The notes: a model not told the origin generated them from the sequence alone. 64,000 bases of DNA from Balanoglossus misakiensis (GCA_040954595.2 CM082598.2:9625097-9689096), one strand, 5' to 3'; counted from the first letter of the stretch, positions 36,545 to 50,700 are shown. A program made the numbers and translations.

Positions 36545-38135
36545 GCAGCGCGCGGACTTTGACCCTCAGGACTCACTCACTTCTGTTGTGCGAGGTGTCA
36601 TTAGCATATCAATGGCAGTCACTTCCTGCGGGTAGTACTCCTTGGAAAATCGCGTACACAACGCACGGTTCATGCGTGTTGTATGGTAGTATGTTCACGA
36701 AAGGAGTTTTGGGACCAGAAATAATCAGAGTTCAGGCTTGTATATGGCATTTTATTGAATTACGCTCAGTTTGTTTTCTGTTGCCGTTCAAATGTTCCTA
36801 CTCCAGTCACGGCGGTGCAACTGCACGTTTAGTATGGGGGGTCATCCCACAGCTGTCCGTTGGGTAATCAGCCCCCCCCCCCCCCCCAACTGCGTACCAC
36901 AGCTATACTTTATAGTTAAGCTACGGACACCTATGATTTTCGATTTATGCCCAATAGCTCAAAATCTGCTGGCTGATCAACTTCAAATTTGGTGTGCAGG
37001 TAGCCTACCTTATAACAATCATTCTCAGCCCCCAAAATATGGAAATCAACTGAGACCTACACATTAACCAATCAGGGAGCTGAAAATTGAATAAATACAT
37101 ATTAATAAGACCTAACCTACAAGGTCCTGCATAATGAGGCAGTGAACACTGGAGGACCAGACCTATAGTGCAGGTGCTAAACCCCAAATTTTGGCATAAT
37201 TGTGCACTTTGGGTTAAAAGCATGAAACTTGGTACACTTATGCATTGACCCATGGTGGCCATTTCCTGATATGGATCCAAAATGACAGCGCCCTCTAGTG
37301 GCCAGAAACAGACATTCAAACTTTAAAATTGTGCACTTCCGGTTAAAAGCATGAAATTTGGTACAATTATTCATTGACCCATGGCGGACATTTTCCAATA
37401 TGGATAAAAACACAGCGCCCTCTAGTGGCCAGGAACTGACATTACACTTTTCCCCAATTAATGGCACTCTTTGGTCAAGTTTAACACTCAGACACAGGAA
37501 TGTGGGTTGTAAAACATGCTTGCTGCCATACATTCCTTTGAATATTATCCTAATCCTGATGTACAAGTATCAGATCAATCTTGTATGTTACTAATTGAAC
37601 AGTTTGTTCTTCGGTACATGTATAACAGAACCAGTTGAATACACAAAGTCATGCAAAGGGGTAAGACAACACCTTTTCTCCAGAAAGTCAAGGGTTCTCA
37701 AGAATACAGGCAGCTCTTAAAGAACATGTGCTATGAGAAACCTAGCAAAGCTATATCAAACCAACAGAATCCCATTGGAAATCAAGTTGGACAACTCTTA
37801 GTCAAGCCCAAGAAAAGAGTCAACCTTAGGAAATCAGTTTTAAAAAGTCATGCACATGTTCCTGTAGGTGCTTTAGGTCTAGTCTGACAGCAGTTACTGT
37901 GAAGGAGAATGTCATCAAGATTGATTTGATACATGTACATCAGGATAAGGATAATATACAGAGGAATGTATGGTAGCAAGTATGTTTTACAACCCACATT
38001 CCTGTTTCTGAGTGTTACAATTGACCAAAAAGTGCCATTAATGGGGGAAAAGTGAAATGTCAGTTTCTGGCCGCTAGAGGGCGCTGTATTTTGAGATCCA
38101 TATAGGAAAATGTCCGCCATGGGTCAATGAATAAT

Positions 38136-38621
38136 CAGGGATCTGCCCACGCTGGTCGGCGCCGGTCGCGCGCGACCGGCACTCTTCAGGCCGCAACCAG
38201 GACAAAAAGGTCGCGACCATTGCTATTGTTCGCTGTGATACGCGCGTTTTGGCGTGAGAAATTTTCTTTTTCGGCGGAAATCAAACACATGGGAGGAGAG
38301 AGTCAACAAAGAAACCCGCTAAACGCGCGACCATCCACTCTTGAGATCGACTCCAAAGTCGTTGTCACGGTCGGGATTGCTAATGGCCTCGATCGGTATA
38401 AAATTGTAGTCTTTGAAACCCCCAAAATCGTCATCATTGTTGATGTCGCCGTCATGAAAATGTCCGGTAAAAAATTGCCTGTCTTCCGGGTTTACAATAC
38501 TGTCAAAGGTCACGTAATTAGGTCAGGTCGATAACACTTTACATCGAGCTCATGAATATTAATAATCTCATTAATATTCATGAGCGCGACCACCACTAAG
38601 TTTTGGCTCGGCAGAACCCTG
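38136..38621. mobile_element. CAGGG-terminated (hAT-like) MITE
   Basis: CAGGGATCTGCC...GGCAGAACCCTG with duplicated aataat; a second right end at 33590-33665. Confidence 0.7.
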
Positions 38622-38779
38622 AATAATTGTACCAAATTTCATGCTGTTAACCAGAAGTGCACGATTTTAAAGTATGAATATCTGTTTCTGGCCACTAGAG
38701 GGCGCTTTCATGTTGGACCCATATCAGAAAATGGCCGCCATGGGTCAATGCATAAGTGTACCAAGTTTCATGCCTTTAA

Positions 38780-39765
38780 GGTAGTTGGAAAGGCTAGGGC
38801 GTCAGTTAAAATTTCATTTAAAAACACTGAATTTATATCTAGAAATGTATTAGAGAACAATTAAACTTATGAAAAATTCGGGGCAATAAACGTGTAACAA
38901 GATATGGCTGGTTTTATGATACCTAATTTCATACATCTGGCAATGAAGCTAGGGAGCCTTATTTGAGCGCCCTCTAGGGGAAGACTTCTCCTAGGCTATG
39001 CACACAAGGACGGGTTCCCCTAGCCAAGGTCATTTAAATGTAACTTGCAAACACTGATTCTTGCAATTTTCAGCGATAGATAACCTTGCTTGTTTATTAA
39101 AGGCTACCAAATTATGGACATTTTTGCATTTCTAGGGAACCCGAAAGGCCAGCGGAAAAGCGTTTGACCCAGATAAATGCGATCCTTCGCCGTAAACTGC
39201 CGCTAAACTTTGCGTATTTCGCTACTTTTCTGCCCTTCGCCATAATGTAATGGTTTTTATTTGTGATTGAATTGGTATGCCAGATATTTTTTTTATCATG
39301 AATTTTTCAGGAAAGGCTCGGGACATCCCAAAGAACAATTTTATGGGACAGTTTTTTCATAAGTTTTCCCGTTGTGTTTTGGCAGCACGTTAAAGTTGTA
39401 TACAAAATATCAACAAAAACTGTGTTTTCCTGAGTGATAACTTTGAAAAAAATAAGTTTATGCTGAAAGTGTCCCGTACATTGCTGGAGGGGTTGCTTAA
39501 TATTAAAATGAATACAAATTATTCAATAATTTGTGAAAACATGTCAAGATTCAATCAATATTTTGTAAAATTATGAATATTTATATTTAGGCGTATCAAA
39601 TTTCATAATTTTAGCAGATATTTTTACAGTCATATTTTTCCCTCACTTTTTAGTTTGTTAAGAATACATGCTGCAAATTTCAAGTCATTATCTTTATTCT
39701 AACTTGTGAAAATAAATTCACAAACATTGAGAGAATTTGCTTCAAAAATAGCCTTTCCAACTACC
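38780..39765. mobile_element. Kolobok-like MITE
   Basis: TTAA|GGTAGTTGGAAAGGCTA ... TAGCCTTTCCAACTACC|TTAA; empty site visible in the opposite arm of the host (37203-37225). Confidence 0.85.
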
Positions 39766-41338
39766 TTAACCCAAAGTGCAGGATTTTTTGTTTAACTGCC
39801 CCACTACTACACATTAACCAATCAGGGAGCTGTAAAGTGAATAATACATAATAATAAGACCTAACCTACAAGGTCTGGTGAATAATACATAGTAATAAAA
39901 CCTAACACATACGGTCCCTCCAATCAGCGTGCCACAAGTGGACCTTAGAGAAGCGGATAAACCAATCAGAACATGTAATACATATGTATAGGACGTGTAA
40001 TGTAGGTCTTTTTAGACGTATTTCATTTTGGGACCAAACTTTGTGTCCTAAACCCCTGCATCGCCCACGGTGATTGGTAGCTCTAAATGTCCCTATGCCC
40101 CCTTTCTATTCAGTCATTGGCTGCCTATACGTCTTTTCGTCTCATTAGTATTTACTGTTCCGAATGCAGCTCATTCATTGGCTGCCTTACGTTCTTGTTC
40201 CTGCCTCACTTTCGAGCGTTAAAGGATTTGTAAAAACTTCTGAGTCACCATGTAGTGTGGATAATTTTCTTGAGACACCAATGAGTTTGTTGAGTCAGTG
40301 GCGCATCACAGGTATATAATACAGCTGAGCCTGTTATTTTTATCAAACAGTTCTTGTTACCTCAGATCACGATTTTGGAGACTTTTGTGCGCAACGGTTA
40401 CCGCAGTGCAACTTGTGCAGTCGCAGTCCTACTCACGCACGGGCAATCAGAAGTTGCAAGGGGTCGAAGTCCAACCCAGTCATCATCGCATTGAGAGTCC
40501 GGCTGGCTGAGGACAGTGTCCTGTACTATGCCATTGCCTCTTTCAGCATGAGTCAACCATGAAGTTACGATTTGTTATTTTGGCAAATCATTCTTTTTTT
40601 GTTTTTGTTTTTATGTTGAACGTTTGACAATGTGGTCCATGCAGATACGTACACAACGCACGGTTCATGCGTGTTGTATGGTAGTATGTTTACATTTGGC
40701 CAGGGAGAATAAAACGTGTGCTAACAACAACAAATCAAGTGTTTCCGTACTTTATATCAGCATATTCTTGAAAGAAAATAAACTCCTCATTATGCCATTG
40801 TTGAGATATAGTTATTTTTAAGAATTTTTTTCTGTTTACTATCGGCATGTATACATAACATGTACAAAATGTGTACAGTTAGCTCCAGCGACTCTGGGAG
40901 TAACATGCATGGCACATTTAAAAAACATTCACCATTTTTCACCACCGCTCCATCTCCATGTATCATACATCACAGAAATGCCGAGTTTCTATTGCATCCA
41001 ATCGACATAAATACCTTTTTCTAGCACGAACATGTCTCGAAAAAATCAAGTGTGAACAAAGGTCTCTGTACTAGAGGTTCCATGCAAAACTTGCGCACCA
41101 TTTTCCGTCCGTAGGCCTATGATTTTTGATTGATCAGAACTTGCATCAGTTTTAACTAACTCTGTCAAAATTCGCAAATGAGTTGATTGATCTTTCCATG
41201 CGTAAGCTTTGCCAGGGAATATTCAAATTATGGGATTGTGGTCATTAAAACCAGGTAGTAAAGTTCCAAACCCAACTTTCCTGGACATCGTTTCCCATCG
41301 ACTATTTAATATTCATGAGTCAATTCCAATGGTTATGA

Positions 41339-41421
41339 GCATGCGCAGTATAATTTCAAAAGTCTCCCAAGTCGGAGGTAACACAAACTGTGGAATGGAA
41401 ACATTTTGAGAATTGTAGTCC
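41339..41421. promoter_or_regulatory. Candidate DNAH1 proximal promoter elements (NRF1-like and ZNF143/Staf-like sites)
   Basis: GCATGCGCAG at about 41339; minus-strand ACTACAATTCTCAAAATG at 41402-41419 resembles the ZNF143 site ACTACAATTCCCAGAATGC; possible 5'UTR donor ag|gtaac at 41378. Confidence 0.3.
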
Positions 41422-41517
41422 CTTTCAAAGAGACATATGAAAACAATAACTAGTAATAGTCTAAAAATGCTGAAATAATAATGATTTTCTTCCTTCTTGA
41501 CATATCTATATTAAAGG

Positions 41518-41700
41518 ATGAGTTCAAGACCATCCACAGGAATTCGGCAACATGGAAGTGCTGGACGAACATTTTCATCTGGCAGATCAAAAGGACCAGC
41601 AGTACCAAATGGAACTGTGAATGGATCAAAATATCCAGAAATCAGACAGAGAGGATATTATTCTGATATCCTTGACAGAGATGCAAAAGAACAACTAGGG
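41518..41700 (+). CDS. DNAH1: DNAH1 putative first coding exon
   Basis: taaag|gATG start, MSSRPSTGIRQ...DAKEQLG|gtaagt; phase 0 joins the next exon; poorly conserved sequence. Confidence 0.65.
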
Positions 41701-44700
41701 GTAAGTCTTTTGTTGACTTGTTGTTAGAAGGCACAAAAAAATAATATGTGCTGTTCCAATTACATGGTTTTCAAAAATAGGGTAGGTACAATGTAGGCAG
41801 GGAAATTCTTTTATTTTGCGATTTTTAGGTCCCATTTGGTTTATATGTATATATACCATGGGACCTTATGGGATCGGTTGCATCTGTATGTATTGTTACG
41901 GTAGAAAAAACCGGGAGCACACAATGGAGTCTGTAGTTCAACAACAGAATATTTAATTGAACAACTAGCCTTCTAAAATCAAAAGGTCTCACAGAAAAAA
42001 TATGTTCTATGTGTTTTACCCTGCTTGGTCGAGGAGTTACCGAGTCCACAAAAGTCCTGGCCGAACTCAAGCCTCACCAAGGCACAGAAGTCCGTTGCTG
42101 ACAAAGTCCGTCATTCACTGTTCTAAGCCAGTTGCTCACAGAAGTCAGTTGCTCACACAGTCGAGAAACTGGGTAGTGAATTTGCATATTTTATCATCGC
42201 CGGAGCCTCGCTTTCGAACACGCGGGAGCTGCAAACATGGCGTTCGCTACCCTCGCCGTTGTCATGTAAACAAATTTTTAGAAGTGGTTTATCTCAGTTA
42301 AAAACCCCGAAAGAAAAAGAAAAATCAACTTTTCTGAGGTATTATTGCTGGAACATTTGATTTCACACATTTAAAGCTGGCAATGATAGTGATTTTACTA
42401 GCTATATTGGAGAATCTGTATCAGAAGCTGATATTGATTTTATGTCATCACTGACAGCTGATCAAAGAGATTATGAGGATTGGTATTTGTATAGACAAGG
42501 GAGCGTTACTGCCAGTATTGCACATGATATCCTTCACATGAAAGAAACTCGGGATTTGAATAACTACATAGTCCAAAAAATTATGTCTGGCAGTCACAGG
42601 ACGATACCTTCAACCCACATTGATTGGGGTATTAAACATGAACCTGTTGCTAAGCATTTATATCATGAGCAATACAAAAAGTTGCACCGGAAAGTGAAAT
42701 TTCAAGATGTTGGCTTAGCCATCAGTTCTGACAAGCTATATCTTAGTTCAAGTCCTGATGGGAGGGTATCATGTGAATGTTGTGGGACATCAAATGGCAC
42801 CTGGATAATAGTTGGACATAGTTGGTCTTGGTGTGTCAGGTTCAGACTTATCCTTTCTAATGTCAAGCTCATCTATTTCCATAGGAGTGGACTCTTTGCG
42901 GGGTTTATCCCACTTACAGGGAACATCAGTACCAACTTGAATATTTCTGTCTTTGTGGCGTCTATCGAAGTCGTTGATGCTAAACAACAATGCAACACAA
43001 TGTTTGCATGTTCCATGCTCACTGTAAAAAAAATTCAGATACATGGTAAATGTTAACGCATGATTGCAGCTTTTTTGTTTATGCCTCTCTGCAGTGACTG
43101 TCAAATGAAAACTGAGGTATTCAAAGCTAAAACGTCAATGCATCAAATTGAGAATGAAATCATATTAACTATTTTCAAATATTATCTAATTTTGCAAATC
43201 CTGATTTACAGTCCTCAACAGCACTTTAAATTAGTCAACAGATACTGTTGGAAACACATAGACAATTCTGTCAGACTCTATTGACAGTTTTCTCATCCCA
43301 ACACACAGATAAAGCAAACCGAACTAAAAAACAAATGTCAAAATACATGTATAACCATGGTTATTTCAACCCACCATTTCTATGTACCTAGTCACACTGG
43401 TAGAACTAAAAGCCACGGTGGATTAAAATGATAAAATTTATATAAAAAAAATGCTTACGCAACACAATTACAGCCTCAGAAGAGAATGGAGGTCGCTGAC
43501 CCATTCGGTGATCGTCGCCGGACCAGGCAAAGTGATGTAGAATTGCTTTTGGCTGGGTCGCGATTGTCTGCTACCGTCCGCCTTTTTTTGCTCGAAATTT
43601 CCTGGTCACCAGGCTCTAGTGGCCGAACGTCCAGTTCTATGGCTAACTCCACTACCTGAATTAGTCTATCTTTCCTGGTATTACAGCAAGTTATACCTCT
43701 TTCCGACAAAAACTTTCTCAGGTCAGGAACTTATGTAAACATGACCTCATTCAGGTCCGGAAGTGCAGTGATCCCAACTCGCACGCCCTCAGGCGACAAG
43801 AGTCTATGAACTTTCTACTTTATTGAGAACTCGGAACCCGCGAATTACATGTACATGGGTTCTCCAACAACCAGTTTGTCCCCAACATGCATTGCATTGC
43901 TGTTTTGATTAAAATTATTTCATCCAGCTCAGCCTCTGGATTAAAATTATCAAATTATCTTGAAGTTTACATATAATGTTTGATAACCCTGTGTCACTTC
44001 AGTGACAATTTTTTTCTTTTCATTTTTCTACTGTGTGGTACAAAGACATGTAGCACTTTTTACACAGTGTGCTAGTTTCATCCAGTGTTAATCCAGGATA
44101 GTCCCCATGTTCAGTAAAGTGCTCCATTAGTAACTCTGGATTGTGGGGATATGTTAGAGTAGAAGAGGTCAAGCGTTTATGACAATGGCTAGAAATCTGG
44201 TTTTATCATCCACCCTGGTTTTGTGGCAAGAGACATTTCCACAAATGTGACATGTTTTGTCTTTTTGATGAGGTGCCTGTTTGGTACTACCCTGGACTTG
44301 TGCTTCAAAGTCTTCTTCTACACATATTCTGCAGCTATTGCATAGACAACCAGATGGAGATAAATTAATTTCTTTTACAACCCAATCTTTGAAATTGTCT
44401 GGCTTAATTACTGTACCCGGTATGTGGTACCATCTTGGAGTTGATGATATGCTACACTTCTTTTGGGTCCACGTTTTTCTTTGTCAGGGTGAGCCTGCTG
44501 ACTTAATGGAAGAACTCCTCCAAACACACTAATATAAATGTATAAATGCATCCCCCCTTTTGTTGGTATATTTATTCGTCCATACAAGGGTTTTCCCTGA
44601 AAGAATAATTTGAAACTATCAGTATTCAAATTTAATTCCTCAGATATTACATTTTTCAAGGAGCTGACATATGGATCTGTGAGCCCCCCAAAAATACTCA

Positions 44701-47700
44701 TGTGAATTTAGATGAACAATTATGTCACATCCACTTGCCATCTTTTTATCAGATTGAATTGCCTTGAATTTTGATTTGAGTCTACAGAATCTGCTTTGTA
44801 TGTCACATAACAGGAGTAAGGCTTGACTCCATTGTGACAAACGTTTTTTAATCATGGTTTCTGCCATAATAATGGACTTGTCTTTTATAAATTCTTGGCG
44901 ACGCTTTAGCAATGATGTTTTAGAGGTCCTGACATTTTGCACACAGACTGCAGCAATTTTTTAAACTCTTGCAGTTGATTACACACTGTTTTTATTTATT
45001 TCACTACATTATTTTTTACTTTACTCTTATCCCGCATTTTTTAATACAAATATTATATCGATGCTCTGCCAGTCGTACAAAAATACCTAATTCCAGGCTT
45101 ACCAATAGGGCTAGAGGTTTTGTTTCTGTTGGACATGGACTAGTATGGGGTCCAATTTTTCCCATCAAATTTTGGGTGACCTCAGGTGCCCTTTGATCTA
45201 CTTTCTTATATCTCGGCCTCCAGAGCAGGTATAGCCTTAGCATTTGGAGGGATGGGACTAAAATGAAAAGCCGAATTTTGAGGTCACCTGTACAACTGCT
45301 TAACTCCTTAATTATGTGCATATCTAATTCCAGGCGAACCAATAGGGCTGAAGGTATGGTTTCTGATGGACCTGGACCAGTATGGGGTCAAAATTTTTTG
45401 CCCAAATTTCGGGTGACCTCAGATGACAATTGCTGCTTGAAGCTATATTTTTGTCTTTTTCCACATTGTTGGAAATTTAGTATGAAGCTTCATTTAGGTG
45501 ATCTGAGTTACCATAGTTTTGTTCAAATTGTTGCAAAATTTGCATATTTATAATTTTGGAGCAATTTTTGCCTTTTTTTGGTCAATTTTTTTTCTCCGAA
45601 ACCGCTTGTCAGATTGCTTTGAAATTTGGTAGGCATGTTCTTAGGAGTAACCCAAGTAAGATTTGGGACATGTTTTTCAAATCAATCTGAAGAATTCCGT
45701 AGTATATTATTTTTAGGGTGATATTTGCCATTTTTGGTCAAAACTCTCAGAACCTTCTACCCCATTGCTTTGAAATTTGATTTGAAGGTTTCTGGGTGAG
45801 TTGTCATGGTGATTTACAAACACCTATGATGAAAGTGTCAGTGTTTTGTGGGGGCAATATCTTGTATTTTGGGGGCATAATTTCCAATTTTGATAAAAAA
45901 ATTATATTTCTCAGAAATTATATGGCTGATTGTTTTAAAATTTAAGTTGTAAGTTAATGGGATTGTCTTCTTTAGAATTATAATGGAATCAAATTTTAGG
46001 TAATTCAGAACTTTTATATTTTGTAGGATATTTTGTCTTATACCAAAAAAAAATTTCATCTCAAGAATAGCAATTACCAGTGGATAAATATGTTCTGGTA
46101 TGATACCCTTCTTGTTTCAGAACGTGTTATCTGGTCCAGAAACTGAACAAGATATGTCATGGCGGGTAGCAACAGAACAGCATACCCCAATGGTCACATC
46201 CTTTCAAACACCAGAACACCTACAGGAAAACTTGAAAACCCAGGTGTATGGTCCTACCACAGAAATCCTCACAAAATCGGTAAGTTTGAATACATGTCAG
46301 CATGCCATGTATACACATGGTTTATGTATGCATGTTTTTGCTCATGTTGTTCTGGAAAACTCAACATAGTGGTCTGTCAAACCAAGTCCTAATGTCTTAA
46401 TGTTTTTTGTATTGATAGTTTTGTTTTCCCTTATACATGTAGTTATACTCTGGTATACAGTAATGCAGAATACTTAATACTTAAAATATTTTTATCTTCG
46501 TTTTATTCAATAAAGGCCAAAGTTGTGTATAGTATTAGGGTTACCAGTACAACTGCGTCCTTTCTGACAGCAAATATGCCCCCCCCCCCCTTTAGAAAAT
46601 GGCATATTTACATATCATAAGATGCACCCACTTTTCAGAAAAAAACAATTGGTTATTTTTTTGCAACATTTGAACATAAGCTGCATCTTATGTTAGACTT
46701 AAACGGTATTCATTTTTTTCAGCGAAAATAAATTCCAGTGAAAATAAAGTATTCCACAGTATGTTTATACATTATTGGATAATTCAAGCACCTTAGTAGA
46801 TTTAATATTCAGATTTACACATGATATCTATTGAAGTCAGTCTTACATTTATATCATTTTATTTTTATATCTTTTCAGGATTTTCCTCTCAAATCTCATG
46901 AACCCAAAGTACAGCTTCCATATTTTGTACCGCCTGGCCACACCCCGAGAAAAATTGAAATTGAAAGACAGAAGAGACATTTTTCAAAACAAGATCTGGT
47001 TGATCTTCTGACTAAAGAAGGTGTTGAGACTGAAAACTTGATGCCGAAAGCAGATGCATTCCACAACGCGGTGTCGCTGAATGAATCCGGAAAAGATCCG
47101 GCACCTTTCCCACCATTTCTGCCACTTCACATTTTTGACGACACAGAGTTTGACTGTAGGACAGCAGAAGAATGGCTGAAGATTGGTCAGGATAATGGCA
47201 TCAGAAAACCAGTCCCAGGAAAAGCTTTACTTCCAGCGTGGGACTCTGAAGAGCAATGTACGTATGGAAGATGAAACAATAATTACCGTACTCGCCCCAT
47301 CAGAAGCCCCAAGGGAGTGACAGGAAAATCTAAAAATTTGTAGGGTAGATGGGCCTATAATGCAATGTTGTCTGTGTATGGCTGGGCTTATCTAATATAA
47401 TGCTATAATTTATGCAAATAAATTAATGCACAGCCAAGTCAGTAGTCAGGAGATAATGTAAAACTGAGTAGCACTTCACATACAGACAAAAAAAATCAAC
47501 TTTCACTGCGTTTTTGCAAAGATTACCAGGATGTCCTTCTGGTCATATGATTGTCAATTTTATTTTGAAGTCCTTGCATTGCAGCAATATGATATGGGCT
47601 TATACATGAATGTAAATTATTTTCAAAATTTCCAGAAACTTGGGGGAAGGGCATCCCCCATAAATGAGCATGGGGTTTATGATGGGACGAGTGCGGTAGA

Positions 47701-50700
47701 GTTTTGTAACTTTGTTGACAATGTAGTTTTCTATTCACTCCATTACAGGAAAATGTCATTTTTAGGGACCCAAGCCCCCTGCATGAGTACTAATGCATGG
47801 AACCTTTGCATGTTTAATTAGTCACTTGACCTGGTAGCTATATCTGATCAAAATTTTCAAATTGACCTAATTTGCATATGCATGGCGGCATTAAAATTCT
47901 TTTCTCAACTTTGTAGACCATATGACCAAGAACCTGTATGCCAAATGTCAAGGTCCTAGGCCTTGTCAATTTTGAGAAGATAATTTTTATAATATTTTTC
48001 CATATATTTCATGGCCTTTAGACCAACCAATTGGCCTATGTGTCCAAATCTTATAGTGGAATTCTGGCATGTGCAATGGTCCTCCACAGTGACTGTCTAT
48101 TGGGGCCAGTGAGCAGCATATGACCAAAATAAAAAGCCAAACTTGGGGGTCACCTGTGACACTGGCTTAAAGGAGGAGCTTCCCTATAAATAGGGGTAGC
48201 CACATGGCGGCGTTCATTGTGTAAATTGTCTCTGAAGGGTGAACAGCGGACACACGCTCCCGGGAATGATTTTCCGAAGTTTTCGACCATAAAATCCTTC
48301 ACAATGCATACAAATTCCACCATGAATATGTCTCCTACCGATTTATGGCTTAAATTCCCCAGACAGACGCGAATCAAGGGCGATTTTCAGCATATTTTAA
48401 CTTTGAGGGTGGCAAGTCGAGCCCACATACTCGTTGTCAATCAAACGCTTGTGTAAACCGGCGCATTAATCGGGCGCATGTTTAACGTAATCTCGATCCG
48501 TGTTTATTCTGTATAACTATAAGCAGTAAACACTTCTAATTGCCCTGCCATCTCCTTATCTGTGTTCTGTAAACTGGAATGTGTGTTCACGAGATCGTAG
48601 ATGTGCAATTGACTACTCAATTTTCGAGGTCATGTCTGTCAAAAATATGAGTTGATCAAATCGACGTGAAATGCAAACCTTTCTACTACTACTATCACGA
48701 AAAAAACTTTTGTCGTGACACCTGCTTAACTCATCAATTATCTCAGCATCCACAGCAGTTACAGCATTGACATTTGATGCAGTGGATTAGTCATGATTAT
48801 CTCTATTTGCTTGGGTCCCTTCAATGCTGCTTGCAGCTTTAATTCTCAGTTGCAATTTGAATCCTTTGGTATATAAAAAAACTCTTGGTTCATTATATTA
48901 CATATTCCTATTGATTGTGTTGACAAAAGGGATTTAAAATGGCTGGGAAGACTTTATTTTGTGATCAACAGGGACTAATGTAGTATCAAAGTTGCAAGTA
49001 TCAAAGTTGCAAAATGCTAGTTTAATTTTCTGGAAATGACAAAATAATCAGCAGCATATGAATAAAAATTTGCATTCAGTCATAAATATCAAAATTATGA
49101 TATGGAAGTACAATAGTTATGCCAACTCTTGTGGCATAGTAGAGGTGTACACAATAAACAAGTGAAAGTCCTAACCCCTGTTGAAAAAAATAATACATGT
49201 ACATATACATGTACTTGATAATATGTAATGCATAATGTAAATGAATTGTTTGTTTTTGTTATAGTTGATCCGAAGGACCCATCCTTGGAGTATGAATGGT
49301 TTGACGTTGGTATGTTAGACTATGACCCAGAAGACAAACAGTATCTTGTACAGAAAGTAGATATTGAAGGTAGAGTTGTTGATGCAAATGGTGATGCAAT
49401 CATCAATGGTGGTGTCCAGGAAGATGGTAAGTACAGTGTTTGCCTCTCCAGACCTTTGGCTTTTCAGAGACGCGGCCAAGACATCTCTTCAAATCAACTT
49501 TGTTCAGCCAATGCAAAAAAATGCATGAATATTTTTAGGGGCCATCATGTTTGCATGGCATGAACTGTATGCACTATCAGCATATAGTTAAGGTGATATT
49601 TATGATAGAATTGAATTTGATAGAATTGTTTAAGGTATAAAATCAGTGAGTTCTGAATACCTTGGGAGATCGAAGTTGCAGATATCCTCATGAAAAATAC
49701 ACAATATCAACACATGCATTTAATAATCAGTGGTCAAACAATTGAAGGTTATAAAATAATTAATGGTTGAGTTAATGGGGCAGTTGAATTAATGGGGTGA
49801 TTAGAGTAAGTTATTTTTATGCAAGATGAAAATGGGAGTTACGGTCACAAATACAAATACTACTGGCACAGGAAACAGACACAAAATCATTAATGCCCCT
49901 GTAGCTGCCAATTTTCACAAGTGCCAGTAGTATGCTGAACAATGAAAAAGAAAGCAGGCAAGTTGAATTCTTGTACTGGATAGTCACAATTTACAGATCA
50001 TACATGGGGAGGAGTCTTTAATTACACCATTTTATTTTAACCAGTTCAGTTAGCTGAATGTTTGTCTGTTTATGATTGAGCTAATTTTAACAATGTCCTG
50101 TATTTGTGACCATTGTAGGTGCGTACTGTTTGTACGGAGGCTGATTAAATCGGTGTGGCACCATATACATGTAGTTTTCATACATATCGTGTTCAAATTG
50201 CAACATGCAGTCAAAATCGGGCATCGATAAGGTGTCTAAGTATATTTATGATCAGTAAGATTATTAAGATGGATCATTGCATGAAAAGTTGTGATTTTTG
50301 CCAAATTTTACTTTTTTACATAAATCCGTAGGTCTAATACTGACCCACATTCTGACAAATGCGTCTTGGCAGAAATGGTGCATAAATAGCACTTTTCTGA
50401 ATGAGTCCACAGCTTAAGAAATAGGTGTCAACAATGCAAATTGCCGTTTTCTCAGTTTGCATTTGCGCTGCTTTTGACAACTTCAGAGGAATTAAGCTTC
50501 GCTCTGCGTTGACCGAATTTGCTAAAATTTTAACAGGGGATTGTGTATGACCCATCTAACAATACGAAAAAAATTTTAGTCGATAAAGTGTCCCTGGCGG
50601 GAATAAACTCAATACAACTCATCGTGAATTTGATCAAATTTTCTAAAAATCTAACTTTCAAACGCTGATACTCCTCAATGGAAGCAGATAACGCAAAAAC

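Larger units (their letters stand above)
37165..39808. mobile_element. Long foldback element with two nested insertions
   Basis: 37200-37585 is inverted relative to 37915-38135 plus 38622-38779 plus 39770-39781; internal GCGCCCTCTAGTGGCC subrepeats. Confidence 0.75.

Noticed and set aside
41894-42170. TG-starting segment resembling a solo LTR
   Set aside because: No matching CA end, TSD, primer-binding site or second copy found
42442-43056. 204-aa ORF as an intact gene
   Set aside because: The C-terminal half is antisense SWIM-region sequence and the catalytic EIK motif is missing
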